DNA from: Antedon mediterranea
Taxonomy: Eukaryota; Animalia; Echinodermata
Length of the DNA stretch: 64,000 nt
Assembly (NCBI RefSeq): GCF_964355755.1
Contig: NC_092676.1
Span: 16,510,871-16,574,870 of the forward strand
Direction of reading: 5' to 3'
Shown: piece after piece, positions 40,706-54,283 of the stretch
Layout of the letters: every line of letters starts with the position of its first letter
How positions within the stretch are numbered: the stretch's first letter is position 1
Position numbers and translations under genes: made by a program
Notes under the pieces: generated by a model
What the model was told of the DNA's origin: nothing
Seen by the model: only the letters and a program-made list of their open reading frames with translations
The model's database searches: none

Positions 40706-42768
40706 CAGGCCCGTAACCAGGGGGGGATCGTACGATCCCCCCCGCTGAACAGCGAGTTCCGCTTGGCCTCCCACTTTTTTTTTGCTGGGCATACTAACAC
40801 AACGCGACGATTGTTCACTACAGGCCTAGTCAAGCCTTAATAAATTTAATTAATATATATATATATATTTTAACTAAAATATAAAAACCTAACACTAAAA
40901 TTTACAAGATAAGTTCTATTTGATAACTGCTGAACATCGTGGTTCTGGAGCTAGCGAGCTGTACACAGAGCATAGTTGTTGTTTGGTTGACATAACAGGG
41001 TATTCCCCTACACAGGTCTCCGCGTGCGTGTGTGACGTGCCCAGCCAGCTGCTTGATATAGAGAAAGCATGCAGCTCACACGGACGCAAGTGCAAGATGC
41101 AATGGTTGAGTGAATTCAGGGATCATCTTAATTCCATGGTTTTTTACCTAAACACCACATGATGGTGAATATGCCTGTTAAAGTCTCAATGATACGATCC
41201 CTAATGTACCATGTTGTTGCTAGGAGGCTTGAAAGGAGGAGGGATCTAGCCTAATTTCGGTCGGCAAGAGAATGCCGTCCTCTGACAATATAAGGTCGGC
41301 AATATTAAGGTCGGCAATTGAAATTTGTGGGCTGGAAATTACACCAACAATATAGTTCATAAACAAAAGAGAATAGCTGGAAATACGATTTGCGGCCATA
41401 GGCATATAGAGAAAGAAATTTCGAGGGTATGGTTCCAGTGGCGGATCTAGCGGGGGCGTATTTTTTTTTTTAATTAAATAGATTTTAAAAACACGTATCG
41501 TTTCGACGGTCATCAATCACCGATGGTTTGCACATTTTCATAGTGAAAATAGTACGTCGGAGCACATCGTCAGCTTGATCGCATTCCACCAAGCATGTAC
41601 GTCGACATCCTTTGTGTACTATCAATCTCTAGCGTTACCAACGATCATTCACAGTTAAGTGTAAAAGGAGCAAGTTGATAAAAGCCACGTGGTGAGCTTG
41701 GTCGCGTTCCACTAAGCAGGTCGGCATCCTTTGTGATCGTCACTCCCGTATTGTAGAGTAGCGGTACCTCAGACGATCAATAGAGTTGATGAAGCCACAT
41801 GGTCAGTCAGACGATCAATAGAGTTGATGAAGCCACATGGTCAGTGCTACTATACTACGCGCCCATTTATTAAGTACAATAAAAACAAAGGCTAGGACTG
41901 TATATGCCTATGAAAATTATCCCGTTAGGGCTAAATTTTATTAAAACGTATTACTATTAAAATATTAACAATGCTGCAGCATTTCATGACCCTTGTTGTT
42001 TTATTTGCTTTCCCGTCGATGATTCTCATAAACACATCGCGATGACATCATGACAAAAGAGGTGTTTTGTTTTTTTTCAAATCACTAAATATAATCTAAT
42101 CGAGCCGGACCGCTAATTTTTAAACGATCGTTATGCCGTGATTTTAATTGTCAAAAACATGACCGTCAGTCGATGGCTCGGAGTTTCGATAAATCTCGCG
42201 TCGCATGTGTTGCGTGGTGAAAACACTCTCAGCAAGTTTGCTTCATTAATATGCATGAGACTTTGTGACGACCCGCTTTAACGTGACGTCATTTTACTTT
42301 AGCTGCATGCGAAGTATAGTGACCGCGATCGACCCGGCGCGCGTGTAAAAAAATAATACCGGCCTAGGCTAAGACAAGTTTATAATAATAACGGTGAAAA
42401 ACATCGTCGCGTTGTAAAAATTTAGATGTAAAGTACAGGCAAGTTGTTAGCTTGCTTTTGGTACCCTAGGTAAGTATCAGCTGCATATTCCACATGTCGT
42501 AATTTGCGAGCTTTAGAGTGTTTGGTAAATGACATTATGAGATGTTTGTAAATCGTTTTAAACGACTTACAATGCGCTAGAACGCCAAAAATTTCCAGGG
42601 GCCGTCGGCCCCTGGATCCCGACCGGGGGCCCTTGGCGGCCCCCTGGCCCCCAGCCAATGTTTGCTCGCAAAGCTACGCCACCCCTATTTCAATATCCTG
42701 GATCCGACCCTGGGTTCCACTAAACAACTTAACGATCCACCCCGCCGTCAAACCTGGTTACGGCCCTG
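40706..42768. mobile_element. hAT-like element with 5-bp TSD (AATAT)
   Basis: CAGGCCCGTAACCAGG...CCTGGTTACGGCCCTG, with AATAT at 40701-40705 and 42769-42773. Confidence 0.75.
41436..42712. mobile_element. Second hAT-like element with 5-bp TSD (GGTTC), nested in the previous one
   Basis: CAGTGGCGGATCTAG...CTGGATCCGACCCTG, with GGTTC at 41431-41435 and 42713-42717. Confidence 0.7.
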
Positions 42769-43704
42769 AATATATAGCCACATCTTTCTCAAATCTCGTT
42801 AAATTTGACATTTTAGTAATAGTCTCATAATCACATTATTACACTGTGAAACATAATAGGGTCAGATTCAGAATGTTTTAATATACTTTTCGCCCGTCAA
42901 AAATAACATCGCGACAAAATAGCAGATCGCCAGCTGCAGTAGTGTGATTGTGAAAAATGTCACGTGATCGTACTCCCTAGCAAAATAAAAAACCCAATTG
43001 GACCCGAACGGGGGAAAGTGTCTATTTACGCAAAATTGCGCAATGTATACGTGATAAAAATACCAGAAATAGAAAGATCTGGAAAAATTACATAAATATA
43101 CATTTTACATTTTTTTTTTTGGTGAAGAAATGAATTTTTTAGGATTATTCAAATATACCCCCCTTTTGCATGTAAAAGAATAGGAAATTACAAGGTATCT
43201 CCCCCAAAACGCAAAAAGGCGTGATTTTCAAGAAAATCGTACTCATTGAAAAAAATTTCAAAAAAATATGAAGTATAAGGGATGATATTTTTAAATAATA
43301 GTTGAAATGTATGAAATATAGTAATTTTCTTGGTGGAGCTCCACTTTAACACAAGTAGGTGAATTTATGGGCACTTGGAGAATAAACTTAAAACTGAGAT
43401 ATAGTATTGCAATACTTTAACAATATTGTAAATACTGTACGTATTAGCCATTTTTGGTCGCCATTTGAATCGAAATTTTCTTACTGTGAATGTCTTTACT
43501 GTTAGATATATAAACACATATACAAAGAACATTTATTACTGTGACTGTGGGTAGGCTGTACTGCTGGATATATAAACACATAATATACAGATAAAAACTT
43601 TATTACTGACAGTTGCTTTTCACGTATCGTATTAATTAATAATTTTAAAAAATATAAACGTCGTAGTGGTGTATCGTTACATGTACTTTACTATTTCAAC
43701 CGAC

Positions 43705-43960
43705 TATAACAGGGACAGATTGTTATTCACTAGCATCAGGATACCACCACCGCGTTTATCAGTATCTCTATCGCGTCGAAATAAAGTGTAATTAGAAACG
43801 GAAAGTTCAGAATCGAGCACGTTGCAGTTTAACCATGTTTCCGTAAGTGCGACAATATCCAAATTGCTCTGAATTAGGTGTGCATTCAGATCTGAGTTGT
43901 ATACGTCCATTTTATTCTTCAGGCTACGTACGTTTTGATAGTATACCTTAATTGAAGATT
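43705..43960 (-). pseudogene. LINE AP-endonuclease N-terminal fragment
   Basis: YYQNVRSLKNK, DIVALTETWL and YTLFRRDR...RGGGI motifs. Confidence 0.8.
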
Positions 43961-46900
43961 TAAAAAGGGATTAAATCGTAAATGTTTTACTGTGTTTAGT
44001 GGTATATTATTGATAGGCCTATAAAACATTTAAATCAATATTTCGTTACTGAATGGATAAAGAATATATTGAACCATCTGTGGACACGACCTAGATCGTT
44101 CGCGAGCGAAGCGAGCGTACCATCTAATAATAATAATAATGCTATGAATTATGATGTGAATGATGAAAGGTTATATTTTAAGCCACGTTGAAATATAACC
44201 TTTCATCATTCAACAAATGCCATAATTTGTACCATTACACAAATATAAAACATTTATTATTTGTTTTATAACATGTCTAAATAGATTCCTGTCATTTGAA
44301 TCAGATTGAATAAAATGTGGGCCTAGGCCTAGACCTATATTCACATTGATTGAAAGAGTAACATTTGGTTTTCAATATTAATATTAAATAATAATCTATA
44401 TATAAATTTACGTAAGGGCAAAATTCGGTAAATCGCGCGTTATTTTTAGAATGTTTACTCGATGGTATATAAAGTTGGTTCATACTTTCGGTACTGATTT
44501 TAACCGCCTGATGTAACCCTGTTTACTAATTAAATTAAGTTAGATAATTAGTTATTGACGATTAAAACGAATTTAGGTTCAACGATTTGCCCCAAATAGG
44601 GGTGTTTTCCGATCGTGGTATACACTGTCTAATGGATGTCCATCTTGAAAAATGCCCGCCACAAAAATGCGAGGAGGCTTCGCATTTTCTTATCTCCTCC
44701 TACGATAATTGTTTTTAATAGCTGAAAACCGGTTGAACAGCTCGAGTACAGTATCATAATGTTGAAGACAGGCCGATTTTCTTAAAAAAATACTATTTTG
44801 ATAGATTTAATATACGTTTATGCAAATGTATTGATTTGAAGAGAATGGAACATTCCAATCTCTGTTCCACAAGTGTCTATTCCCTCAGGCGTCGTAAAGG
44901 CAAGTACTGTATTCTCATAACAGAAATTCGATCCATTTTTTTTTCAATCTGTGCTGCAGAGGTTGGATATAGATTTTTTTTTAACGGATAATGAGCTAGC
45001 GTTTTCAGTCGCCGTATATTATGTACAAATCTTTATTATTGCAGTTAAACCACCCACGTGACATCATCACCCTTCCCTCACTGGCATGAGTAGCGTTGTA
45101 AAGCCAGTAGAGGATAGGCCTACGGTGCATCACATGCCCTAAACGCAGAACAACTTTTGTGGGTAGGGCCCGGGGTAGGGTTAGGAACCAACTTAAGTAT
45201 GAATTGGCTCTTAGAAACAATTGAAAACCATTAGGCCTACTAATTAAGTTGAGTTAGATGATTTAATATTTATTGACGATTAAATCGAATTTATGATTTG
45301 CCACGAATAGGGGTGGTTTTCACAAATTGTTTTACATTATATAAACATATTATACACGTCGTAGTGATGTATCGTTACATGTACTATACTATTTCAATCG
45401 ACTAGGACGGTGATAGTTTCAACAAAGTATTACATCGCAATGTTTTACTGTGTTTAGTGGTATATTATTTGTAAAACATGAAAACAATTAATATTTCGTT
45501 ACTACATGGATAAAGAATATATTTAAAAATTGTTCCTCTTTGCACCCATCCTCTTTCCCATCCCTCAACCCTAATGTTACATACAAAACACAAATTAAGT
45601 TTGTTTAAATTTGACTTAAACAATTGGTCTCATTTTGTGACAAGTTTCTCTTTCGGAAGTAATTCCCAGGGTGCTAATTTTAGTTCAGTACATAAATCAC
45701 AGTGTCTATTTATTCGTTCCTGTAAACGACATGTATTATTGTCCTGCGGTACGTACATTTGAAATCGCCAGTTTTTTAACGCTGAAATTATAGACAGGTT
45801 CCATTTCTCAAAAAACGGCCTAGAAAACGAATCAAGAAGCATTTTTGGGTAGAAGCTGGGATCCACTTGATTTAGGATATTTCGACCTCGCTGATTACGA
45901 ATATGGCGGATCCCAAGCGAAATTCGGCCATCTAAGCTCTTAATTTGCATAATTAAAAATGGCGGCCATTTTTTATAATTACCCTATATCTCAAGAACCA
46001 CTAGTCACAGATAATTAATTTTGGTCTCAAAATGTTTTAAATATATGTTTTTATATTCACTTTAATGACACATTTTCTCAAAAAATGGATGCAAGTCTTA
46101 TTTCTGACATTTTGACCTTTGACCTTTATTTATCGTATCTCAGTAACCAATAATCGGAGAGACACGAAATAGGGCTCAAATTGTTCAGAAACTATACATT
46201 CATATTTATTATAATGAAATATTTTTAAAAAAAATGGCCGATTCTACAACTATTGACTTTTGAACTATTAGTCAAATAAAATAATATAATAATAATATAA
46301 CTTTGAAAATTGTGGTCTTATGATTTTTTTTTCTTTTTAAATTGTTTAAAACATGTGTGTTTCTATCCAGTCTAATGGCACATTTTGTACAAGAATGGCC
46401 GATAGTATGGTTATTGACCCTTAAACTACAGCATAGGCCTACTGTATACTAAATATAATATAGCCTAATTGCATAACTATGAAATTATTTATACACAATA
46501 ATAATTAGTAAAATTATAAAATTCACTGCCATCAAATATGATGTGTTATGATTTATATAGATTTAAAAAAAATTTGAACACGCAAGTTACATTTGTTGAA
46601 ATTGGAAATTTGAAATTACCTGCCATCAATATGATGGAGTATGATTATAGATTTTTTTAAATGTGAACATGTCAACTACATTTGGAAATTACCTGCCATT
46701 AATATGATGGATTATGATTATAGATTTAAAAAAGAATTTGAACACGTAAGCTACATTTGAAAATTACCTGCCATCAATATGATGGATTATGATTATAGAT
46801 TTAAAAAAGAATTTGAACACATCAGCTACATTTGGAAATTTGGAAATTACCTGCCATCAATATGATGGATTATGATTGTATAGTACCTGCCATCAATATG

Positions 46901-47021
46901 ATGGATTATGATTATAGACTTAAAAAAGAATTTGAACACGTAAGCTACATTTGAAAATTATCTGCCATCAATATGATGGATTATGATTGTATAGATTTAA
47001 AAGAAAATGTGAACACGTAAG

Positions 47022-48165
47022 CTACATTTGGAATGAACATGTTAAGGGCATCAGTTTAAGATCATTCATGCAAAGGTTTCCGTCATCTTTAGCGTTGTTA
47101 CAGCGGCATAAAGCTGTACATGGTAGTTTTGACTTCTTGCACCTACATCTATTGGTTATGCATCGTGTCTTGCATCCACAATAAATCATCTCTAACGAAG
47201 CAGTAGGAATACCTTCATTTTTCAGAAGCACTGGTTGAAGTTTACCATTAGATAGCTCCAAACCAAAATCGGTTGGTGATGGCAAATGCTGGATTTGTGA
47301 TACAGCTTTTTTCCATACGAGTGCTTGGAAGTGTGCTCTTTTTATATGTTGGTGCACTGCATCGCTTGTTGGAAGTAATGCCTCTGGTTTTTTTTTTTTT
47401 TTTTAAAGCCTAACTTCATTGGTACTTTTAACTTGACCAAAACCGTAAACGTAGCAAATGAATCTTTCCGATTTCATAATAACTTGGTCACTGATAGGGT
47501 TTCTCCCAGGTCTTTAATTAGTTCATCATTTTTTCTTAATACTTCCCATGCCGATGCCTTTGATTGACCACTTAGATATGAACAGGGAAGAGTTAAATTA
47601 CTGTATGTATGTATTAATGTAATTTAACTCTTCCCTGGATATGAGGTAGTATCGCATCCACTAATAGTGTGGAATGGAATCAGTGCTTTTGCATAACCCT
47701 CGGGCAAGGCTTGAAAAATGTCTTTTATAGATACTTTCTTTTTTTGGATGTCCCTGTCATCATCCATTTGGATACCATGCTTTGGTAGTGAGACACTAGA
47801 ATCACTAGTACGTCTGTATCTCTAGAAGCAACTACAACTGTGTCGTAGCGGACATTGGCAGCATGACAAGTCTCGTGTCCAATTCTTCATGATCTGCGAC
47901 CAGAGACAACGTATTCGTGTAGACTTTTGATGATTTAACAACTGATTCTTTCATAAATCCACCAGCTGTGACAATTTCTTTGTCTATAGGAGCTTGACGA
48001 ATCAACTCCTCTGATAGAAATCGTGCCAGATCTGCTTTATTATCTTGTAATGCCAAAAAGTTTGACCAGCAATTTGGCAGCGGTATTTCACCACTTTCTA
48101 TAATTCGACGAATTGGTCTCTGTGTTTTGGTTCATCTTTGTCTAGTGGTGTCCTTTATCGACAGT
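47022..48165 (-). pseudogene. Broken C-terminal part of an Academ-type protein (XPG/PIN-like nuclease + Cys-rich CXC region)
   Basis: NKADLARFL, DHEELDTRL, DTDVL, FHTISGCDTTS, HIKRAHFQALVW and CGCKTRCITNRCRCKKSKLPCTALCRC motifs, with frameshifts. Confidence 0.8.
47583..47637. mobile_element. 55-bp hAT-like micro-MITE inside the nuclease pseudogene
   Basis: Perfect TIR CAGGGAAGAGTTAAATTAC with 8-bp TSD GATATGAA/GATATGAG. Removing it restores SGCDTTSYLSGQSKASAW. Confidence 0.8.
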
Positions 48166-48184
48166 TTTAAGTTAGGCATGCCAT

Positions 48185-48540
48185 GTTAAAAAAAAACCCA
48201 GAGGCATTACCTCCAACAAGCGATGCAGCGCACCAGCATATAAAAAGAGCACACTTCCAAGCACTCGTATTGAAAAAAGCTGTATCGCCAATCCAGCATT
48301 TGCCATCACCAACAGATTTTGGTTGGGAGCTATCTAATGGTAAACTTCAACCAGTGCTTCTGAAAAATGAAGCTATTCCTACTGCTTCGTTAGAGATGAT
48401 TTATTGTGGATGCAAGACACGATGCATAACCATATAGATGTAGGTGGAAGAAGTCAAAACTACCATGTACAGCTTTATGCTGCTGTGACAACGCTAACAA
48501 AGTTGACGGAAACCTTTGCATGAATGATCAAAACTAATGC
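48185..48540 (+). pseudogene. Inverted second copy of the Academ protein C-terminus
   Basis: LPPTSDAAHQHIKRAHFQ...SPTDFGW...CGCKTRC. Confidence 0.8.
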
Positions 48541-50655
48541 CCTTAACATGTTCATTCCACATGTAGCTTACGTGTTCACATTTTCTTTCAAACCTATACA
48601 ATCATAATCCATCATATTGATGGCAGGTAATTTCCAAATTTCCAAATGTAGCTGACGTTTTCAAATTCTTTTTTAAATCTATAATCATAATCCATCATAT
48701 TGATGGCAGGCCTATACAATCATAATCCATCATATTGATGGCAGGTAATTTCCAAATTTCCAAATATAGCTGACGTGTTCAAATTTTTTTTTAAATCTAT
48801 AATCATAATCCATCATATTGATGGCAGGTAATTTTCAAATGTAGCTTACATGTTCAAATTCTTTTTTAAATCTATAATCATAATCCATCATATTGATAGC
48901 AGGTAATTTCCAAATGTAGTTGACATGTTCACATTTTTAAAAATCTATAATCATACTCCATCATATTGATGGCAGGTAATTTCAAATTTCAAATTTCAAC
49001 AAATGTAACTTGCGTGTTCAATTTTTTTTTTAAATCTATATAAATCATAACACATCATATTTGATGGCAGTGAATTTTATAATTTTACTAATTATTATTG
49101 TGTATAAATAATTTCATAGTTATGCAATTATATTATATTTAGTATACAGTAGGCCTATGCTGTAGTTTAAAGGTCAATAACCATACTATCGGCCATTCTT
49201 GTACAAAATGTGCCATTAGACTGGATAGAAACACACATGTTTTAAACAAGTTAAAAAAAAAAAAATTCATAAGACCACAATTGTCAAAGTTATATTATTA
49301 TTATATTATTATATTTGACTAAGGGCTCAAATTGATTTCGTGTCTCTCCGATTATTGGTTACTGAGATACGATAAATAAAGATCAAAGGTCAAAATGTCA
49401 GAAATAAGACTTGCATCCATTTTTTGAGAAAATGTGTCATTAAAGTGAATATAAAAACATATATTTAAAACATTATGAGACCAAAATTAATTATTTGTGA
49501 CTAGTGGTTCTCGAGATATAGGGTAATTATAAAAAATGGCCGCCATTTTTTATTATGCAAATTAAGGCCTTAGATGGCCGAATTTCGCTTGGGATCCGCC
49601 ATATTCGTAATCAGCGAGGTCGAAATATCCTAAATCAAGTGGATTCCAGCTTCTACCCAAAAATGCTTCTTACACCATATTTCAGAGGAAATAGAACTTG
49701 TCTATTATTATGGTACGCGAGCGAAGCGAGCGTACCATCTAGTCAATCATAATTGGTATACATTTCGCATCTTACCAAACTTATTTTCAGTAGGCTACAG
49801 GTTCAAATCTCACACACTCATTCGGCCGAAGACCAAATATAATAATTAGCCTATATTGTTCTCTATTCGTACATGGACCACCATACATGCATTACTCATT
49901 AGTCATATGCATAGGTGTCACCTGGGCTTCAATTTCCAGAGGCGTTGATCATGTTTTCGAGAACCATTCGGTGAAGCTAGCGAACCCTCTAGTTACTTAA
50001 AATCGCATAACTTTGAAAATATTATAAAGATGCCAATTAGTTTAGTGTTTATCGTTCAAAAAATACATGTTTCTATAAAGTCTAACGTTACATTTTGTCC
50101 AATAATAGCCTAATGTATAGTTATTAACTTTTGAACTATATTTGAAAAAGAATCAAACCCGGAATCTTCATGTAGACATCTATTAGAACATTTGATTTGG
50201 CATTTTCAAATCGTTTAAAAGTGCAAAGTGGTCTATTCAGTTTGACTTTATTAATCTCCATGCTTTATGTTGTTGGAGGAGAATACATCTTTGTACTATT
50301 TGATTTTTTTTTATATTCAGTATATTACACAGAGGTACCTTACAAGGTGGAACCACTTTAGCTTCAAGGCGCCTCAGTTTAACAAATACAACATTTTAAA
50401 ACAAAAAACATCAATCAAACCTTCCAGAAATAACAAGAAATTGTCGTACATAATAAAACAATAAAGCATTTTCATAATTCGAAAGAAGGTCGAAACCAAT
50501 TTAAAATTATACGTTAAAAAAAATCCTTGGCTAAGAAACTTTATTTGAAAAGCTAGATCTTTTTTGATTGGATTGTCAATATTTTGTATACTCTTAATAC
50601 AATATTTTGATATTTCATTTTTTTTTTCAGAAACAGTGAGCCTAAAGCTATCAAC

Positions 50656-53600
50656 ATGGAAACAGGTAATGGGTAATTTTTTTTTAATGTGTTTATTTTA
50701 CTGGGCATTTAAAAAAATATCATTTTCTCAAACTTTTTCCTTTTTTTTCTAGATTTTAAAGTGGATATTGTGAACGTATCAGAGTGGTATGATAAATATA
50801 ACATCTTCAGACAGCTGAAAGTGTTATACCGAGATTTTATTTCAGTAGCGAACATAGACAAAGCACGTAGCACTATAGACTTATTTAATGAATTGACGAA
50901 ATCAGGAAATTTAAGTTCAGAGAAGCGTACGTTACTTTACGAAACAATAAAAATAACTCAAACATTTGGAGCCATCAAAGTTTTCCAAAAATCTGTTCTC
51001 GATATTCAAGAAATTAAAATTACACAATTCGCCCCATTTCGACTATGGGTTGTAGATTTAGGAAATGCACTGACAAAAGAGGATGTTGATAAAATTGATG
51101 CATTTTACAATGATTGTACGTTAAAAAGGTATAATGATCCTTGGACTATGATTATGGATTTGGAACGAAGACAAATACTTTGTAAAGAAAGAAAAGAAGA
51201 ATTTATTGACACAATAAAAAAGATTGGACTGGAATCAAGAGTGAAACCTCTGAGTAAAAGTAAGTTAAATCGAAAATCGTAATAGAATTAATTGGTTAAA
51301 AAACAACACATTTTATAACAACATTACATCCTTGGTAAGTCCGAGTCCGAACAAAGATGCATGTTATAAACATAAATATTTCTTCTTTTTTGTTTATGTT
51401 AATTGTATTTCTTAAAAATAATAAAGCTAATTTATGTTAGACTATCATTGTAAATTCACGTTTCGTTCTGACTTTTATTAAACAGAGCAAATGTTGCCTA
51501 GGAATGAAGAACAAGGAATGAGAAAAAAAATGAAATCAGAAACAGGTTAGTATTGAAAAGGTACATATCGTTTTGCTAAAAATCAGTTTTTAGGTAGTAT
51601 ATTGTTAATGTTTTTTTATTATTAATTTATCATTAAAACAGAGAAAGTGGCGACCAGTAGTAACGAGGAACAAGGAATGCAAAAAGATGTTAAATCAGAA
51701 ACAGGTTAGTTGCTTCAGTAATTAACATTTTCAGAAGATATGTTTAATTCAAATGCTGACCATATGTGAACAAGACAACAATTAAAGGAAGCTTCGTCCT
51801 TTAAATACGATAGGCCTGGTGATATGCCTAATTTTAATCCGCAGACAAATTTACTTAGTGAATTTAAAAACTAACAATAATTGTTTTTCAGTGTTAATAA
51901 TATAGAGATAGGTTACATTAATGATTACGTATTGCGGGACGATTGTGAGAACGATCAAAGCATATTGATCAAAACGTCGAGTAACTCTTTTCAGAACTAA
52001 TATACGTGGTGTACCGAAAACTTTGTATTAACATTTGATTTCACCATGCAAAACCTTAAAACAATATGATACATAACTTAAACACAATACATCAAAGAAA
52101 TACATTTCTACTAGAACCACGAGACTACGTAAGCAATGTGAAATTTACTCAAAGTTGCAATTTAAATTCTGTAGAGATTCAATCCATGGTTAAATGTTGA
52201 AACAATCGATGGATCTATAATTCCAGCTATACTACAATTCAATGACAAAAAACAACCTATGAATGTTTATTAACTAATATAAATTGGGTGATTCAAGTTG
52301 ATGGATACTGATTGTATTATTTATACTGTTTATATATCCATTGGAAAGACATTTTAAAACTTGCGAAAACAGCAATATTTATAGGGAAAATTAAAAATAT
52401 ATAATAAAATAGAATATTATGTTTGATTTGTATAGCGCTATTCCAAAGATCATTTGCTCATTGCGCTGTGGACTTTTAGTCTACCAATTCTAGTGCTCTC
52501 TCATCTGCTCATGATAGTGACTGTGTGAGCTAATTTAGTACACTGAGCTTTCTTATTTTTATTTTTTTTATTTTATTAATTTCGGCAAACACAGTTATAC
52601 AGACAAAATACAAACAATTAGTTAGATTGCGCCAAGAAGTGGCAAAAGAGGCCTATAGCTTCTGTCGCCAATTAGGCGTGCCACTCCAACAAAAAAGCTA
52701 AAACGAACAGTAATCAATATAAATATATAATAAAATTATATGGTTCTACAATGATTATTTAAAATATCTTTAAAATGTGTCCAACTTTTGCATAGAAATG
52801 AATTTCTGATATCAGCCGGTAGCCAATTCCCCATACGAATAAATCGAATATAATAATACAATAACAATATTTTTTGCTATCGATTTTAGATATGAGATAT
52901 TTGAAAGTTAAAACATTCAAATGCCTGCTGTTGATAATCAGCGTATTTAAAATCAAACAATTCTGTAGCTTGTATAAAATATTTAAAACAAAAATAAAAG
53001 TGAAATAATTGCTTTTAGATTCAATAGTGTTTAATTTAGTGCAAGAAACCTGTCTGCATAAGACTGTTCCAAAATTCGCTGGTGAAGTATAAATCTGATA
53101 GCTCTTTTTTTAATCTTCTCTATCTTATCTATGTGACATTGTTGGTAAGGATACCAGATTGGAGAACAGTATTGGACATTGGAAAAACAAGATATTTATA
53201 AAGTTGCAACAGGACTGAATTAGAACATCCGGTTGCAATGGATCGAATAAAACCCAGCATCTTATTGCATTTTAATGTAACCTTGTCCATTTGATGTGAC
53301 CAAAACCTACTGTTCTCGTCTAGATGTACTAGGTTCTTTAAAATGCACACGAGCATTTTTTGTACACTGGTACTATTAAGTGGACCAAAAAGATATAGTA
53401 TTCAAATTCAGAAATGCAATATTAATAATGTTTTCTAAAATAAAACAGTTGTTCTTTGCATTTAGAAAAGATAGAAGCATATCTGCTTAAAAGACAGATA
53501 CAATTGTGCAGTAAAGCCAGAAGATTTACACCACCAACAATGCGTAGTAGGTACATAGTTGATATTTTAGAGATGTTTACCGATATGGAACTACTAAAGG

Positions 53601-54251
53601 AAACGAAAAACAATAAAGGAAGCAAACCAACAACATTAGAAGAAATTGTTGATGTTATACAATCCACACCAGGATGTAAGGCTCTTATAGAGGGTGAGGG
53701 AGGAATAGGTAAAACTACCATATTAAGACATTTATCATACGACTGGGTTAGTCAATCAATGAATGTATTTAAAGATAAAATAGTATTTCTATTAAGTGTA
53801 AGAGATCTAGAAAAAGATGACGACATCTTAGATCAAATTGTAAAGGATATTGATATGAAAGACTTCAACAGGAATACAAAACTTCCACAAAATTCAGAGT
53901 TAATCCAAGATCTTCTAATAACCCACGATGATAAGTTTGTGTTGTTGTTAGATGGACTAGATGAATTAAGATTTAATAACAAAAGCATAATTGAACTTTT
54001 CAGAAATAACTACTTAGAGAAAAGTACTGTGATACTTACTTCACGACCAGAAAACATAGACGAATTCATAAAAGAGTGTAATGTACATGTAAGGGTTAAA
54101 GGGTTTAGTGAAGAGAGCATAGGAAAATATATTGACAAACACTTTAAGTATTTTGAAAAACCACATTTGGGAGAATCACTTAGACAAGAGTTAGATATTA
54201 AAACATATGAGGAGAAGGAAGAGGAGGAGAAGGAGGGAGAGGGTGATGATG

Positions 54252-54283
<32 letters not shown>

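Larger units (their letters stand above)
39896..43345. mobile_element. Kolobok-like non-autonomous element
   Basis: TTAA|AGTGGAGCTACAC...GTGGAGCTCCACT|TTAA. Confidence 0.75.
39388..44127 (+). mobile_element. Non-autonomous Helitron-like element, copy 1, with nested insertions
   Basis: a|TCTATATATAAAT 5' end and 3' cgcgagcgaagcgagcgtaccatCTAA|t. The first 470 bp are nearly identical to 44395-44862. Confidence 0.7.
45791..49704. mobile_element. Academ-like foldback derivative with inverted arms of about 1.5-1.6 kb
   Basis: TAG...CTA termini with TTA TSD (45788-45790, 49705-49707). 45791-47400 is the inverted counterpart of 48185-49704. Both arms contain the end of the transposase ORF and a 70-80-bp tandem repeat. 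Confidence 0.8.
44395..49742 (+). mobile_element. Non-autonomous Helitron-like element, copy 2, carrying the Academ foldback
   Basis: a|TC 5' end and 3' hairpin atggtacgc...gcgtaccat followed by CTAG|t. Internal blocks are shared with copy 1. Confidence 0.75.

Noticed and set aside
51925-52070. Penelope-type hammerhead ribozyme (also about 3620-3650)
   Set aside because: The CUGANGA/GAAA core is not intact in either place.
53449-53465. Alternative NLR acceptor aaacag|53449, and the TTG start at 53456
   Set aside because: The 53449 acceptor is out of phase with the NACHT ORF. The acceptor ending at 53465 has a pyrimidine tract and restores the frame.
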